Assembly: GCA_965198115.1 (NCBI GenBank)
Contig: OZ240241.1
Location: 6,432,001-6,496,000 of the forward strand
From: Candidatus Latescibacterota bacterium
Lineage (GTDB): Bacteria > Latescibacterota > UBA2968
Reading direction: 5' to 3'
DNA: 64,000 nt
Of the stretch, positions 19,977-29,707 are shown in pieces (the first letter of the stretch is position 1; each line of letters starts with the position of its first letter). The translations under genes and the position numbers were made by a program. Under the pieces are notes generated by a model that saw only the letters and a list, made by a program, of their open reading frames with translations, made no database searches and was not told the DNA's origin.

Positions 19977-21893
19977 TTATTCAGGGTTTGTTCTTTTGAT
20001 CTCCTGGGTCGATTGTCTGTCCACCTCCGTGATCCACTTCCGCACCAGGTCGCCGTGCTCGTAGTCAGGATCCAGACGGAGAACCTCGCCGAAGTAGAGT
20101 CGCGCTTTTTCGATGTCGCCCAGACGGTTGGCCATATTTGCGGCTTGGAAGAAGGCCCTGACGAGCTTTGGGTTGCGGACTGTCGCTTCCTCGTAGGCGC
20201 CGAGCGCCTGCTCCATCTGCCCGGTCATCAGGTAGGCGTCGCCCATATTCGCGTAGAACTGATCGTGGAGATTCGACGTACGTCGTGTGGCTTCCACGTA
20301 GTGGTGAAGTGCCATTTCATACTGACCGGTTCGATGATAGGCGCCGCCGATGTTGACGTGGGATTCGATCGATTCGGGGTTGACCTCCAGGGCCTTCGCG
20401 TAGTAGCCGATAGCTTCTTCCAGTTGCTCACGTCGCGCCGCGACGGTTCCCAGCGTGTTCCAGTAGCGATGGTTGGAGGGATTGGCTTCGGTGGCCTTAG
20501 TAAAAGCGTGCTCCTCGCCATCCAGATCGCCTTCACGACGTCGATGGCTTCCTACGGATTCCCATCCGTAGGAGCGGGCGGTGGAGGAAAGCGTCGACGT
20601 TTCGAGGAGGTTTGCGAAACGTGCATCGGCGAGCGTGGGTTGAGCGTTGAGGAGAATCCAGAAAGCGACGTGGACCGCGGAAGCTCCGACCATCATAGTC
20701 CATCGGCTACGAATTTCGTTGAATTGTTGAATTGTGACGAGACCCGCTAGCAGGGCTACAGGTAGCGCTGGAAACGCGAACGCGTCCCAGTCGCGAAACG
20801 CGCCGATTTCGGGGTTCGCGACGAGCGTGAAGAATACAGAAGACACGGCGGCGGCAAGTAGGAAGAGATGGTCGTGGCGGGGTACCCACCAGCATTTTGG
20901 ATGAGAGACGAGGATAAATACGGCTGCCGGTACGACGAGTAGATATTCGTTGATGATGTTGTTCAGATGGGTGATCGAAAGAAGACCGTAAGCGTATCGA
21001 GATCCTTCGGTGACCAGGAACGGGAGGAGATGCGTTTCCCGCGCACCTTCGAAATAGGCTTCGTGGTCGAAGGAGACGACCAGAAGGAGAGCGAACGATA
21101 CGATGGGGCAGACGATGGTCTCAAGGAACGTTCGGAACACTGAGGAATGTTCCGATTTCCACCGAAGCACCGCCAGCATCAAGAGAGAGGGGGCGAGGAC
21201 GAGGAGTGAAAAGTGCGTGACGATGAGAATCCCCATCAACGTAGCCGGAATCGCGAGGGGACATCGGCTCTGAAGCGACAGCAGGCCGGAAATCAGATAC
21301 GCTAGGAGAAGGGGATAGATCAACGAGTAGGTCTCGACGTAACCGAAGAACAGTTGGGTGAACCCCGGGGTGAGAGCGAAGCCGAGGAGAATACTTCGAT
21401 CGATTGTCCGGGTGTAGAGTGTGCGTGAAAGCCAGATGGCAAGGGCAACATAGATCACACCCGACGTGTTGCTGAGGGTCCGAATGACCGTTTCTGTTGG
21501 ATAGATGTGTCGTATCTCGTCGATCAGGTGATAGGGCAGTGGCGCGTTGATGCCGCCCCAGGACCTGGACTCGACGTTGTAGCTGAAGGTTCGTAGTAGA
21601 AGCTCGCCGTCGCCGAGGAAGTGGCGCGACACCGGGAAGGATTGAAACAGGATCAGTGCGATGATTGGCAGGAAAGCGACACGCCAGGGGCGGTCGTTCA
21701 TCCAGACAAGTGCCTGTGATACCACTGTTTGGACACGTGGAAAGAGCAGGAGGAAGATCGCCACAAAGAAAGCTGCGGCCATCCAGGGGGCGTAGGCGAC
21801 ACAGTCGACACCCCATAACCCTGATTCAGGAAACATGAACGCAGCTAGGTGCAACCCGGCGAAGGCGAGGACTGCGAGGGTCGGCCGATCCAC
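19977..21893 (-). CDS. Multi-pass membrane protein with C-terminal TPR repeats (GT-C/TMTC-like architecture)
   Basis: About 12 TM segments with HFLGDG, GYVETY, RDWD; TPRs YWNTLG..AIGYYAKALEVNP. GTG start 21893 inferred. Confidence 0.7.
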   Translation of the reverse strand: MDRPTLAVLAFAGLHLAAFMFPESGLWGVDCVAYAPWMAAAFFVAIFLLLFPRVQTVVSQALVWMNDRPWRVAFLPIIALILFQSFPVSRHFLGDGELLLRTFSYNVESRSWGGINAPLPYHLIDEIRHIYPTETVIRTLSNTSGVIYVALAIWLSRTLYTRTIDRSILLGFALTPGFTQLFFGYVETYSLIYPLLLAYLISGLLSLQSRCPLAIPATLMGILIVTHFSLLVLAPSLLMLAVLRWKSEHSSVFRTFLETIVCPIVSFALLLVVSFDHEAYFEGARETHLLPFLVTEGSRYAYGLLSITHLNNIINEYLLVVPAAVFILVSHPKCWWVPRHDHLFLLAAAVSSVFFTLVANPEIGAFRDWDAFAFPALPVALLAGLVTIQQFNEIRSRWTMMVGASAVHVAFWILLNAQPTLADARFANLLETSTLSSTARSYGWESVGSHRRREGDLDGEEHAFTKATEANPSNHRYWNTLGTVAARREQLEEAIGYYAKALEVNPESIESHVNIGGAYHRTGQYEMALHHYVEATRRTSNLHDQFYANMGDAYLMTGQMEQALGAYEEATVRNPKLVRAFFQAANMANRLGDIEKARLYFGEVLRLDPDYEHGDLVRKWITEVDRQSTQEIKRTNPE

Positions 21894-21898
21894 AGACG

Positions 21899-22723
21899 TC
21901 AGCTGTAGCCGCCGTGACCGAGGAGAATGCGGGTTTCTTCGTCGGTGTCTTCGAGGAGCTGCGACGTGAGGCCATCGGTGGGGGACGGACCGCCGTGGGG
22001 CGATTTCCGAAGCCAGGTGGGTGTGTAGCTGAGGATGAGCATCCGGCGTTTCTTGCGTCGTGTGGGTAATGCGCGGTGCCACGTGTTCCCGTGGACCATC
22101 ACGATACTTCCGGCAGGCACCTCGAACACGACCTGACCCTCGACCGTGTCGACATCTTTGGAAGGGGGATCCCTGTCGAGCCAAGCGTGTGATCCAGGGA
22201 CGACGGCGACCGATCCGGTGTCTTCGTTCAGGTCATCCAAGTAGATGAGGGCGTCGATGCAGTGTGGCTGCGAGAACCACGGCGGGATAGGGTTCGAGAT
22301 GACACGAAGGTGTTGGTGCCAGGGCGTGTCCTGTACTTCTTCTCCCGGGAAGGAGATTCTGGCGCTCAGTCCACGGAGACGCACGAGCGGCCCCATCATT
22401 GCACGACAGACGGAGAGGACCGGAGGGAATTTCAGGAGATCGAGGAAGACGGGGTCCTTGTCCATCAGGTGACGGGGGATGATACCCCACGAGCGCTCTC
22501 TTGGCTCGCGGTTGGTTCGCTTTTCCGATTCGGCTTCGATGAGTCGGTCGAGCGCATCCCGGAGTGCCTCGAGGTGGTTGCCCTGGATCAAGCTTTCGCG
22601 AACGAGATAGCCCTGCTTTGCGAAATGATCGAGCTCTTCTGGGGTCGCGTGGACTTCGATTTCGTGTTCGGGACGGCCGTCTTCGATGTGACCCGTCAGG
22701 ACGGTGTAGGAAATCTTGTGCAT
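21899..22723 (-). CDS. PhyH-family dioxygenase with an HxH motif
   Basis: FAKQGYLV, WHQH, IYLDD, VPGSH, NTWHRA. Confidence 0.82.
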   Translation of the reverse strand: MHKISYTVLTGHIEDGRPEHEIEVHATPEELDHFAKQGYLVRESLIQGNHLEALRDALDRLIEAESEKRTNREPRERSWGIIPRHLMDKDPVFLDLLKFPPVLSVCRAMMGPLVRLRGLSARISFPGEEVQDTPWHQHLRVISNPIPPWFSQPHCIDALIYLDDLNEDTGSVAVVPGSHAWLDRDPPSKDVDTVEGQVVFEVPAGSIVMVHGNTWHRALPTRRKKRRMLILSYTPTWLRKSPHGGPSPTDGLTSQLLEDTDEETRILLGHGGYS

Positions 22724-22839
22724 AAGGATAATCTAAGGGTGAAGCAGCAGTGAAGTCACGAGGTGTTCACCGGGTGGTTTGAGCAGGCGAAGCGAGCGGG
22801 CGAGCAGGCGTGGCAGCGGGTTGTTGACGATGGGAGTGG

Positions 22840-23023
22840 CCCTTCGACTCCGCTCAGGATGTACCTTCCGGCCACGAACTTTAGTCGACCCAATGAACGG
22901 TGGATCGGTGTCGGACAGGGCGGTTTCCATCCGCGAACAGTACGAACGAGGAGGCGGATGCATCCGTTGAAAAGAGAAAGGGTAGGAGCAGCCCTTCGAC
23001 TGCGCTCAGGATGTACTTCCGGC
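22840..23023. repeat. Family B REP-like units, two direct copies
   Basis: CCCTTCGACTSCGCTCAGGATGTAC(C)TTCCGGC at 22840-22872 and 22992-23023. Confidence 0.8.
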
Positions 23024-23070
23024 TGCGATCGTTGCGAAGGGTGTGGAATCGTCTCAACTGGAGATCGACG

Positions 23071-23478
23071 ATGAAAATCGATATCGTTTACGCGACGGAA
23101 CATATGTCCGAGCACTATCGTGATTTCTACGATGGATATCGGGCACTTCGTCTGGTCGATGACACGGGAGAGTTGCGAGGTGAGCTCGTATGGCGCGTGG
23201 CATCAGGGCACAACGTGGAGATCACGGAGTTCGGGATCTTTCAAGGCGAGGACCATCGAAAGGGGGATGGGACGCAGCTGCTGGATGCGGCGATCGAGGA
23301 TATGCGGGCTTACCTCGAGAAGATCAAACAACCGCGCTGGCGAATTCATCTGTTCTGTGAAGCCGACAACGATGGCGGGCGGGCGTTCTATGAGGCGCGT
23401 GGGTTTCAAATGGGTGCGGAGGTGCCACAGTTTTACACGGATGGGGATGCGGCGATGTACTGGCGGGAGTTGGAATGA
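23071..23478 (+). CDS. GNAT acetyltransferase
   Basis: HRKGDGTQLL; N..GRAFYEARGF; GGAG upstream of ATG. Confidence 0.8.
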   Translation: MKIDIVYATEHMSEHYRDFYDGYRALRLVDDTGELRGELVWRVASGHNVEITEFGIFQGEDHRKGDGTQLLDAAIEDMRAYLEKIKQPRWRIHLFCEADNDGGRAFYEARGFQMGAEVPQFYTDGDAAMYWRELE

Positions 23479-23497
23479 GTTCCAGTAGCCTAGGCGA

Positions 23498-23527
23498 TTG
23501 ACACGCACACGGCCGTTACGCTATCAT
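23498..23527 (+). promoter_or_regulatory. Candidate sigma70 promoter for the 23607 gene
   Basis: TTGACA-18nt-TATCAT, about 80 nt upstream of the ATG. Confidence 0.45.
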
Positions 23528-23606
23528 CGAGCCTCCCGGAGGCTGAGCGGCAACAGGATTGGCCATTGACAAGTGACCCAAAAGGCGCATTGGATCGACT
23601 GGTGAG

Positions 23607-24539
23607 ATGACTCATATAGATCAGAAGTTAGCAGACTACCTTTTCGACCTCCACGGGTATCTTGTGCTGGAAGGAGCGATCTCCACCACGGATATCGAAG
23701 AAATCAACGCCTGGGTTGACGATCATTGGGACTATGTGGAGCGACCGAAGGATGGCGATGGTGAGGACGCGCGAAATCGCTGGATCGGCCACGTCGAAAC
23801 CCACAGCTACGGCGAACTGGACGGCGTCAACTTCCAGAATATCGTGGAAGGAGGCGCCGTTTTCGAACGGTTGATCGATCACCCTTCGTGGATCGATCTG
23901 GCGAGAAAGTACATCAACAAAGTCAATCGCGTTTCGATTCACGAAAACTTTCTGAATGTCCGTGGGAAAGGTGGACATCTTTTCATGCATTGCGGCGGGC
24001 ACGCACCGCTGAGCTACCTGACGTTCAGACAGCACAACACAGGCGAGTGGATGGTCGGGCAGATCAACGTGTTGATGGCGCTCGAAGATATTGGCCCGGG
24101 TGATGGGCCGACCGTGCTCATTCCGGGCAGCCACAAGACGACAGAGGTCCATCCCCGACTGCTGGTCGATGGGAAGGGCATCGTTTCTGCGGGAAGTGGG
24201 AGTGGGTCGGCGGGCACCGCGGTTGGGATGAAGGAGATGTATCTGAAGGCAGGAGACGTGCTGTTCTTCACGGATGCGATTACGCACGGTTCGACGGAGC
24301 GGACGAGAGAAGGCTATCGACGCACGGTTGTTTACAGATACTCTGCGCGACATCTGAGGACGCGGTTCAACTATGTGATGTCGGACGGGTTGCGGGCCCG
24401 ACTCTCACCCGAGCGATTGGAGATTTTGGAACCCGTCCATCGAAGAGAGCCCCCAAACCGGGGAACCACAGATCACACCGAACACACCGAGGGGAGAGAA
24501 GGGCGATCGAACCTCACAACGCAAGACTGTGAGAGATGA
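23607..24539 (+). CDS. PhyH-family Fe/2OG enzyme with an HxG motif
   Basis: YLFDLHGYLV, MHCGG, IPGSHK, AGDVLFFTDAITHG. Confidence 0.82.
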   Translation: MTHIDQKLADYLFDLHGYLVLEGAISTTDIEEINAWVDDHWDYVERPKDGDGEDARNRWIGHVETHSYGELDGVNFQNIVEGGAVFERLIDHPSWIDLARKYINKVNRVSIHENFLNVRGKGGHLFMHCGGHAPLSYLTFRQHNTGEWMVGQINVLMALEDIGPGDGPTVLIPGSHKTTEVHPRLLVDGKGIVSAGSGSGSAGTAVGMKEMYLKAGDVLFFTDAITHGSTERTREGYRRTVVYRYSARHLRTRFNYVMSDGLRARLSPERLEILEPVHRREPPNRGTTDHTEHTEGREGRSNLTTQDCER

Positions 24540-24657
24540 TTGCCACGCCTGCTCGTCCGCCAGAATTGAATGTGACCATCTATCGACGTCACGGGAATGC
24601 GTTGTCGCGGATGACGCCTGCTCGAACATTCATAATCCTAGACAATGAGGCAAAGCA

Positions 24658-25530
24658 GTGTACGAGAACCCGTATTCTAGCTCCACCAGATGGCTCCGTG
24701 GTAACCTCCACGGACACACGTGCTGTGGTCGCTTCATGGACGTGTCGGAGAGCGCTCCGATGTATGCGAGCCTCGGATACGACTTTATGGCGATCACCGA
24801 CCACAACCTGGCCCCGGATGAAGCGCAATGGCGTGCGTGGCAGGACCAGATTCCGATCGTACTCATCCCCGGTGAGGAAAACGGATCCACGGATCACATT
24901 TTGGAGCTTGGCGTGTTTGCAGTGACGGAAACCCCGGGCGATGACATTCGGGATCGCGCACAGGCGCTTTTGGATTCGGGCGGTTTCGTGGCACCGTGTC
25001 ATCCTCAGGAGTATGATGAGCGGGGCGCAGACAACGTTCGGAGGACCACCGGCATTGCACACGCCTTCGAGCTTTACAACGGGCTGCGTGAACGACGGGG
25101 ACGGGACGAGGCGGAAAACGTCAAGATCTGGGACGAGGTGCTAACCGCAGGGGAGAGAATCTCGGCGATCGCGACCGACGACTTCCATTGCGAGTATGGC
25201 TCGCCGGGTCAGGGATGGGTCTGTGTGCAGGTGGATGAAGACGCCGATGTGATGTGGCAGCTGCTCGTCGAGCAGCTTAAACGAGGGGCATTCTACGCCA
25301 GCACGTCACCCGCGTTCGATCAGATTCTGGTCGACGGAGATCGGCTGAGCGTGACGTGTGATAAACACGTTCAGGAGATTGCGATCGTCGGTGCTGGCGG
25401 GATGGACCTCTACACGACGCAAAGCACGTCCCTCGAGTGGGAGGCTGGATCGGGGTTGAGCTATTTCAGGATCGAAGCGCGATCGGGTATCAAGCGCGCG
25501 TGGAGTCAACCGTTCTATGGGAAGCCCTGA
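24658..25530 (+). CDS. PHP-domain (CehA/McbA-like) metallohydrolase
   Basis: GNLHGHT, YDFMAITDHN, CHP, TDDFH, AWSQP. Confidence 0.85.
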   Translation: MYENPYSSSTRWLRGNLHGHTCCGRFMDVSESAPMYASLGYDFMAITDHNLAPDEAQWRAWQDQIPIVLIPGEENGSTDHILELGVFAVTETPGDDIRDRAQALLDSGGFVAPCHPQEYDERGADNVRRTTGIAHAFELYNGLRERRGRDEAENVKIWDEVLTAGERISAIATDDFHCEYGSPGQGWVCVQVDEDADVMWQLLVEQLKRGAFYASTSPAFDQILVDGDRLSVTCDKHVQEIAIVGAGGMDLYTTQSTSLEWEAGSGLSYFRIEARSGIKRAWSQPFYGKP

Positions 25531-25536
25531 AACCAC

Positions 25537-25657
25537 CTCTCACGTTCGTTCGAGGCAGGCTACATAAACAGAAAACACGAACGGAAGCCTTTTAGACCAC
25601 GGAACACACGGAATACACGGAAGGGGAGGAGCACTCTGGCACGGGAGCTATTGGGGA
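25537..25657 (+). repeat. Nested module plus bipartite nonamer motif
   Basis: CTCTCACGTTCGTTCGAGGCAGGC, then GACCACGGAACACACGGAATACACGGA (27 nt identical to 9425). Confidence 0.7.
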
Positions 25658-25688
25658 GATAGCCGTGAGTAGACTTTAACATGAAACT

Positions 25689-25738
25689 AGCCCGCTTCAG
25701 CGGGCTTCGCTTTTTTGCACGGGGCTTCAGCCCCGTGC
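25689..25738. repeat. Family C double-hairpin REP-like unit, possible terminator between convergent genes
   Basis: AGCCCGCTTCAGCGGGCT, T-run, GCACGGGGCTTCAGCCCCGTGC; second copy at 29578-29627. Confidence 0.7.
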
Positions 25739-25744
25739 TGGTGC

Positions 25745-27316
25745 TCATTCAATCGGATCGAAGTACGTCAAATCTGCGCCAAAATTGTCCATCGCGACGA
25801 CAGAGTCGCCCTTCATTTTGACGCGGATGTTTCGGGTGCGATGCTCAAGGACGATCTCCCGCGTCGGGAGAGTGTAGTTTAGGGTGATCGGATCGCCGAC
25901 CGGGGGATTCGCGAGGAAGAGCATCGACCCGACGAATTTCGCGTCGGGCACCCGAATCTCGCTTCGGTCCGCCCACGAAGGAATTCGAATCCACAACGGC
26001 CCCGGTTTCTTGAGCGTCGCGCGCAGATCATCGTGCGTGACGTTCGATTGTACGGAGATGGCGTCGGTCTCGTGATCGAACAAGAGGTTGACGTGATGAC
26101 CGGTCTCGTCGAAGGTGGTGGCGTCGCGATAAACTTCGCAAAGGGAGGCCGTCCCGCCACCGACGATGTCCATGTTGAAACCGACGCGATCGATGTCGAT
26201 TGGCTCGTGGCCATAGGGCGCGGGAAAACCGAACGCGCCCTTGTGGCGGGCGGCGACATTGCTTAAGCCGTCAATGCCATCCGGGTTTGCGGGCTCTTCG
26301 ATGAAATCGATGTCACGGAGTTGTGAGGGCAGTATATGACATCGGACGATGCGCTCGGCGTCCTCGAGACAGTGCGTGTATCCGGCGCGCCCGAGGATGA
26401 GCGCGGTTTCGACGATGTCGCCCGTGTTGTTCACTTCGCCCCGGTCCGGATTCCGATCCCCATCCGAACTTTCGATGACCCAGCCGAGTTGGTCGCTGAA
26501 GTCCGGCAGCCCGTGATCGTAAAAGGCTTTGACCCGCGTGAGCAGGGCAGCGTCGTCCGTGAGCTCGGCGAGCTGAGCGAGGGAGGACATGACGCACGTC
26601 GTGGAGTGCGTATGCGTCCCGTGGACTCCGATATCGTAGTGACCGTCCTCGGGAAAGGCGTCGATGAGGAGCTTTTCTTTAAGGACAAGGGCCAGATCCA
26701 ACGCGGCGGGAGATTCTGTGGTACGATAGTACTTCACGAGCGGCCCAAGGACACGGGCGAGCCCACTGATGAATGTTGTCTCCGATGGCTCCGCACCGAC
26801 CCGATCACGACAACGTGAGACATCCCATCCACTTTCAGGTGACCAGAGGTCGAAGATGGCGGCGATGCACGCTTCGGCGAGGTCTTGCGCACGTTCTTCA
26901 TTGCGATACTTGACGAGGGGATAGAGCGCGTGGATGCCCTCGCGAAAGTTATGCGTGATAAAGAGGCAGAGAGGGCCGTCAGCCTCTTCACGGTTAAAGG
27001 GTACGGCGGCAGGACCGCTGAACGAAAAGTAGGCAGCCTCCGCGTGCTTGCGTATGGCCGTCTCGTCGAGCTCGATGCCGACGGCGTCTTCGGCATTCAA
27101 GAGCGCGTTGAGATGACGCCCGGGAACGTGTGCTTCCGTGTGTGCGCTGCTGAAGCCGAGGTAGGCCTCAGGCCTGACACGAGATCCGAAAAATGGGATG
27201 CCGTTGTCGTCGGCGTTGAAGACGCTTTGCATCGTCTGACAGGCGAGGCGAATGGCGCCAGCGATGTCGGTCGTGTTGACGTCTTTCAACTGGCCGTAGA
27301 AGGGAATGTGATTCAT
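25745..27316 (-). CDS. Putative (alpha/alpha)6 glycoside hydrolase-like protein (GH127-like architecture)
   Basis: Helical core, HTHS, GEVNNTGD, ERIVRCHILPSQ, then LWIRIPSWA beta-sandwich motif. Confidence 0.5.
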   Translation of the reverse strand: MNHIPFYGQLKDVNTTDIAGAIRLACQTMQSVFNADDNGIPFFGSRVRPEAYLGFSSAHTEAHVPGRHLNALLNAEDAVGIELDETAIRKHAEAAYFSFSGPAAVPFNREEADGPLCLFITHNFREGIHALYPLVKYRNEERAQDLAEACIAAIFDLWSPESGWDVSRCRDRVGAEPSETTFISGLARVLGPLVKYYRTTESPAALDLALVLKEKLLIDAFPEDGHYDIGVHGTHTHSTTCVMSSLAQLAELTDDAALLTRVKAFYDHGLPDFSDQLGWVIESSDGDRNPDRGEVNNTGDIVETALILGRAGYTHCLEDAERIVRCHILPSQLRDIDFIEEPANPDGIDGLSNVAARHKGAFGFPAPYGHEPIDIDRVGFNMDIVGGGTASLCEVYRDATTFDETGHHVNLLFDHETDAISVQSNVTHDDLRATLKKPGPLWIRIPSWADRSEIRVPDAKFVGSMLFLANPPVGDPITLNYTLPTREIVLEHRTRNIRVKMKGDSVVAMDNFGADLTYFDPIE

Positions 27317-27417
27317 CGGAGTCTCTCGATTGTTTTGGAGTGTCGGGTCGCCCTGCAAGATGATAGACATGAAGATGAAACGTTAGCAAATTTAAGAGCG
27401 TCTCATTCCAGCAATTT

Positions 27418-27930
27418 TCAGCTTATGGGCTTCGAATCACTTTCCCGCACTTCCGTGTGACAACAAACCATCGAGATCTGATGATCCGATTTCGGGATCC
27501 CTCCTGCTGATATCCTGAATGCCTCCAGAAAGTCCTGCTGGGATTTCACCCATCTGTTGCTGGTACATGCTTTGACCTGGTAGTCGATGACCACTCGTTG
27601 GATGAAGAGGTCGCTCGATCCGATTCGGCGACCGTTGAAGTTGTGCTGGAGGATGAAGTGGAAGAGGCTGATCCCGTCGCACTGGGATGTCATGTATCTG
27701 GACATTGCCCGCAGGCTCGGAGGAACGGCCACTCCGGTCGGCGAAGCGTTCGGAATGTTGTATGTCGGATCGCAGGTAGCAAAACTGGCGGTCTTTGGGA
27801 CCCCGAATCCTACGTAAAAGCCGCTTGGTGGGCTCGCCAGAGTCTCGACATTGGCCGCGGTTCCTACGAGCACCGCAAGAATGACGGCACCGAAGCCTCC
27901 TTTGGTCCTGGTTGACTTTTCCACAGCCAT
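27418..27930 (-). CDS. Hypothetical secreted protein
   Basis: AAGGAG SD, N-terminal hydrophobic signal-like segment; no recognised family. Confidence 0.4.
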   Translation of the reverse strand: MAVEKSTRTKGGFGAVILAVLVGTAANVETLASPPSGFYVGFGVPKTASFATCDPTYNIPNASPTGVAVPPSLRAMSRYMTSQCDGISLFHFILQHNFNGRRIGSSDLFIQRVVIDYQVKACTSNRWVKSQQDFLEAFRISAGGIPKSDHQISMVCCHTEVRESDSKPIS

Positions 27931-28011
27931 ACTCGTTCTCCTTTTGAATGAAATGGTGGCTGTGCCCCCCGCCTGATCTTTTGAACAATGCGGCCTGCCC
28001 TGGAAGATTTC

Positions 28012-29550
28012 TTACACCGCCCCCGTGTCCGCCAGACATCTCTCGCTCCACGCATCCCACATCTCTGACATCGCCTCAACTCGATCGGGGTACCGATCAG
28101 CGAGATTATAGAGTTCGCACCGATCCGCTTCCATATCGTAGAGCTCCCACGATTCGTGACCAGCCGGGATGGGGATGCCCGACTGAACGCGCTCGGGTCC
28201 TTCGGTCACGAGCTTCCACTTCCCCTGGCGCACCGCCCTCGCTCCACCGTTGAGCCAGTAGAGTTCGCGATCGATGGATGGCGTGTCCTCGTCGCGAAAG
28301 GCGGATGCCAGGCTGTGGCCCTCCATCGGCAGCACGTCGCGGCCTTCGAAAGTTGCTGGATATTCCGCTCCAGCGAGTTCGACGAATGTGGGCATGAAAT
28401 CGATCATGTGACCCGTCACGTTTTCGACGATACGTCCACCAGGCTTGATTACGGCCGGCCAGCTGACGATGAAAGGGGTCGCGATGCCCCCTTCGTGGTC
28501 GAAGTCTTTGAAGAGGCGAAAGGGTGTGTTGCTCGCGTTGGCCCACGCGGCGCCGATGGTCTGGTACGAGTCGAGTCCGCCTGGAGGCAGATGAGGTGTG
28601 TTGTGGATCTCCTCGGCACAGCCGCCGTTGTCGGTCAGGAAGATAACGAGCGTGTTTTCTTCCTGGTCGAGTTCTCGAATCTTGTCCATGACTCGCCCGA
28701 TGCCTTGATCGAGGCGGTCGACCATTGCGGCATAGACGGCCATCGCTTCGGCAGCGTGTTGGCCGAGGTTGGCGTAGGAGTCGTTGGACCGCTCGTCCGC
28801 GGCGGACAATCCCCAGCGTGTATCGATGAGGCCGAGTTCGAGCAAACGCTCGTATCGGCGGCGCCGGATTTCGGCCCAGCCGATCGAGTAGCGCTCCCGG
28901 TATTTCGCGATGTCGTCTGGCCACGCGTGGAGCGGGAAGTGCGGTGCGCAGTGTGAGAGGTAGAGGAAGAAGGGCTCACCACCACTGCCGCATTCATCAA
29001 GGAACTCGATCGCGTGATCGGTGAAAGCGTCGGTGGTGTAGAAGTCTCTGTCATCTGGTGTGAAAGGATGCATCACGCTATCGTGGTCGCACCAGGGACG
29101 CGCGTCTCCGGGCGCCTTGCGACCCGGCTCCGGTTCGCCGCTCTGCCGATTCCCCGGGCTGAAGTAGTTGCTACACCCGCTGATCAGTCCCCAGTAGCGC
29201 TCGAACCCGCGCGACACGGGTCGTTGGCCATCCTCGGTTCCGCTGTGCCACTTGCCAGACATCAACGTGCGATAGCCGGCTTTGCGAAGGAATTCTGCGA
29301 TCGTGACGTTATTTCGGACGTGCAGCTGTCCGCCTTCTCCATCTCTGGTGACCTGGCCAGGGTAAAGGCCGGTGAGAAGCGACGCACGCGAGGGCGAGCA
29401 TTTGGCGTTGGTGTAGAACTGCGTGAATCGAAGACCGCCCGCTGCGAGGCGGTCGAGATTGGGCGTCTCGATTTCCCCACCGTAGCACCCGATGTCGGAG
29501 AACCCGAGGTCGTCCGCCATGATGAGGACAATGTTAGGTCTATCTGTCAT
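28012..29550 (-). CDS. Arylsulfatase
   Basis: PNIVLIMADDLG, CSPSRASLLTG, GKWH, DNG, ELYD. Confidence 0.93.
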   Translation of the reverse strand: MTDRPNIVLIMADDLGFSDIGCYGGEIETPNLDRLAAGGLRFTQFYTNAKCSPSRASLLTGLYPGQVTRDGEGGQLHVRNNVTIAEFLRKAGYRTLMSGKWHSGTEDGQRPVSRGFERYWGLISGCSNYFSPGNRQSGEPEPGRKAPGDARPWCDHDSVMHPFTPDDRDFYTTDAFTDHAIEFLDECGSGGEPFFLYLSHCAPHFPLHAWPDDIAKYRERYSIGWAEIRRRRYERLLELGLIDTRWGLSAADERSNDSYANLGQHAAEAMAVYAAMVDRLDQGIGRVMDKIRELDQEENTLVIFLTDNGGCAEEIHNTPHLPPGGLDSYQTIGAAWANASNTPFRLFKDFDHEGGIATPFIVSWPAVIKPGGRIVENVTGHMIDFMPTFVELAGAEYPATFEGRDVLPMEGHSLASAFRDEDTPSIDRELYWLNGGARAVRQGKWKLVTEGPERVQSGIPIPAGHESWELYDMEADRCELYNLADRYPDRVEAMSEMWDAWSERCLADTGAV

Positions 29551-29577
29551 AAACCTGAGAGCAACTCATTGAACATC

Positions 29578-29627
29578 AGCCCGCTTCAGCGGGATTCGCT
29601 GCCGTAGCGCGGGGCTTTAGCCCCGCG
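29578..29627. repeat. Family C double-hairpin REP-like unit, copy 2
   Basis: AGCCCGCTTCAGCGGGA...CGCGGGGCTTTAGCCCCGCG. Confidence 0.7.
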
Positions 29628-29707
29628 TGCCGTTGGTGCATATAGGATCACGAGTAGGCACCACGAGTGTGGACGACGATAACCACGTCTGCTCGCCCCT
29701 TCGCTCC

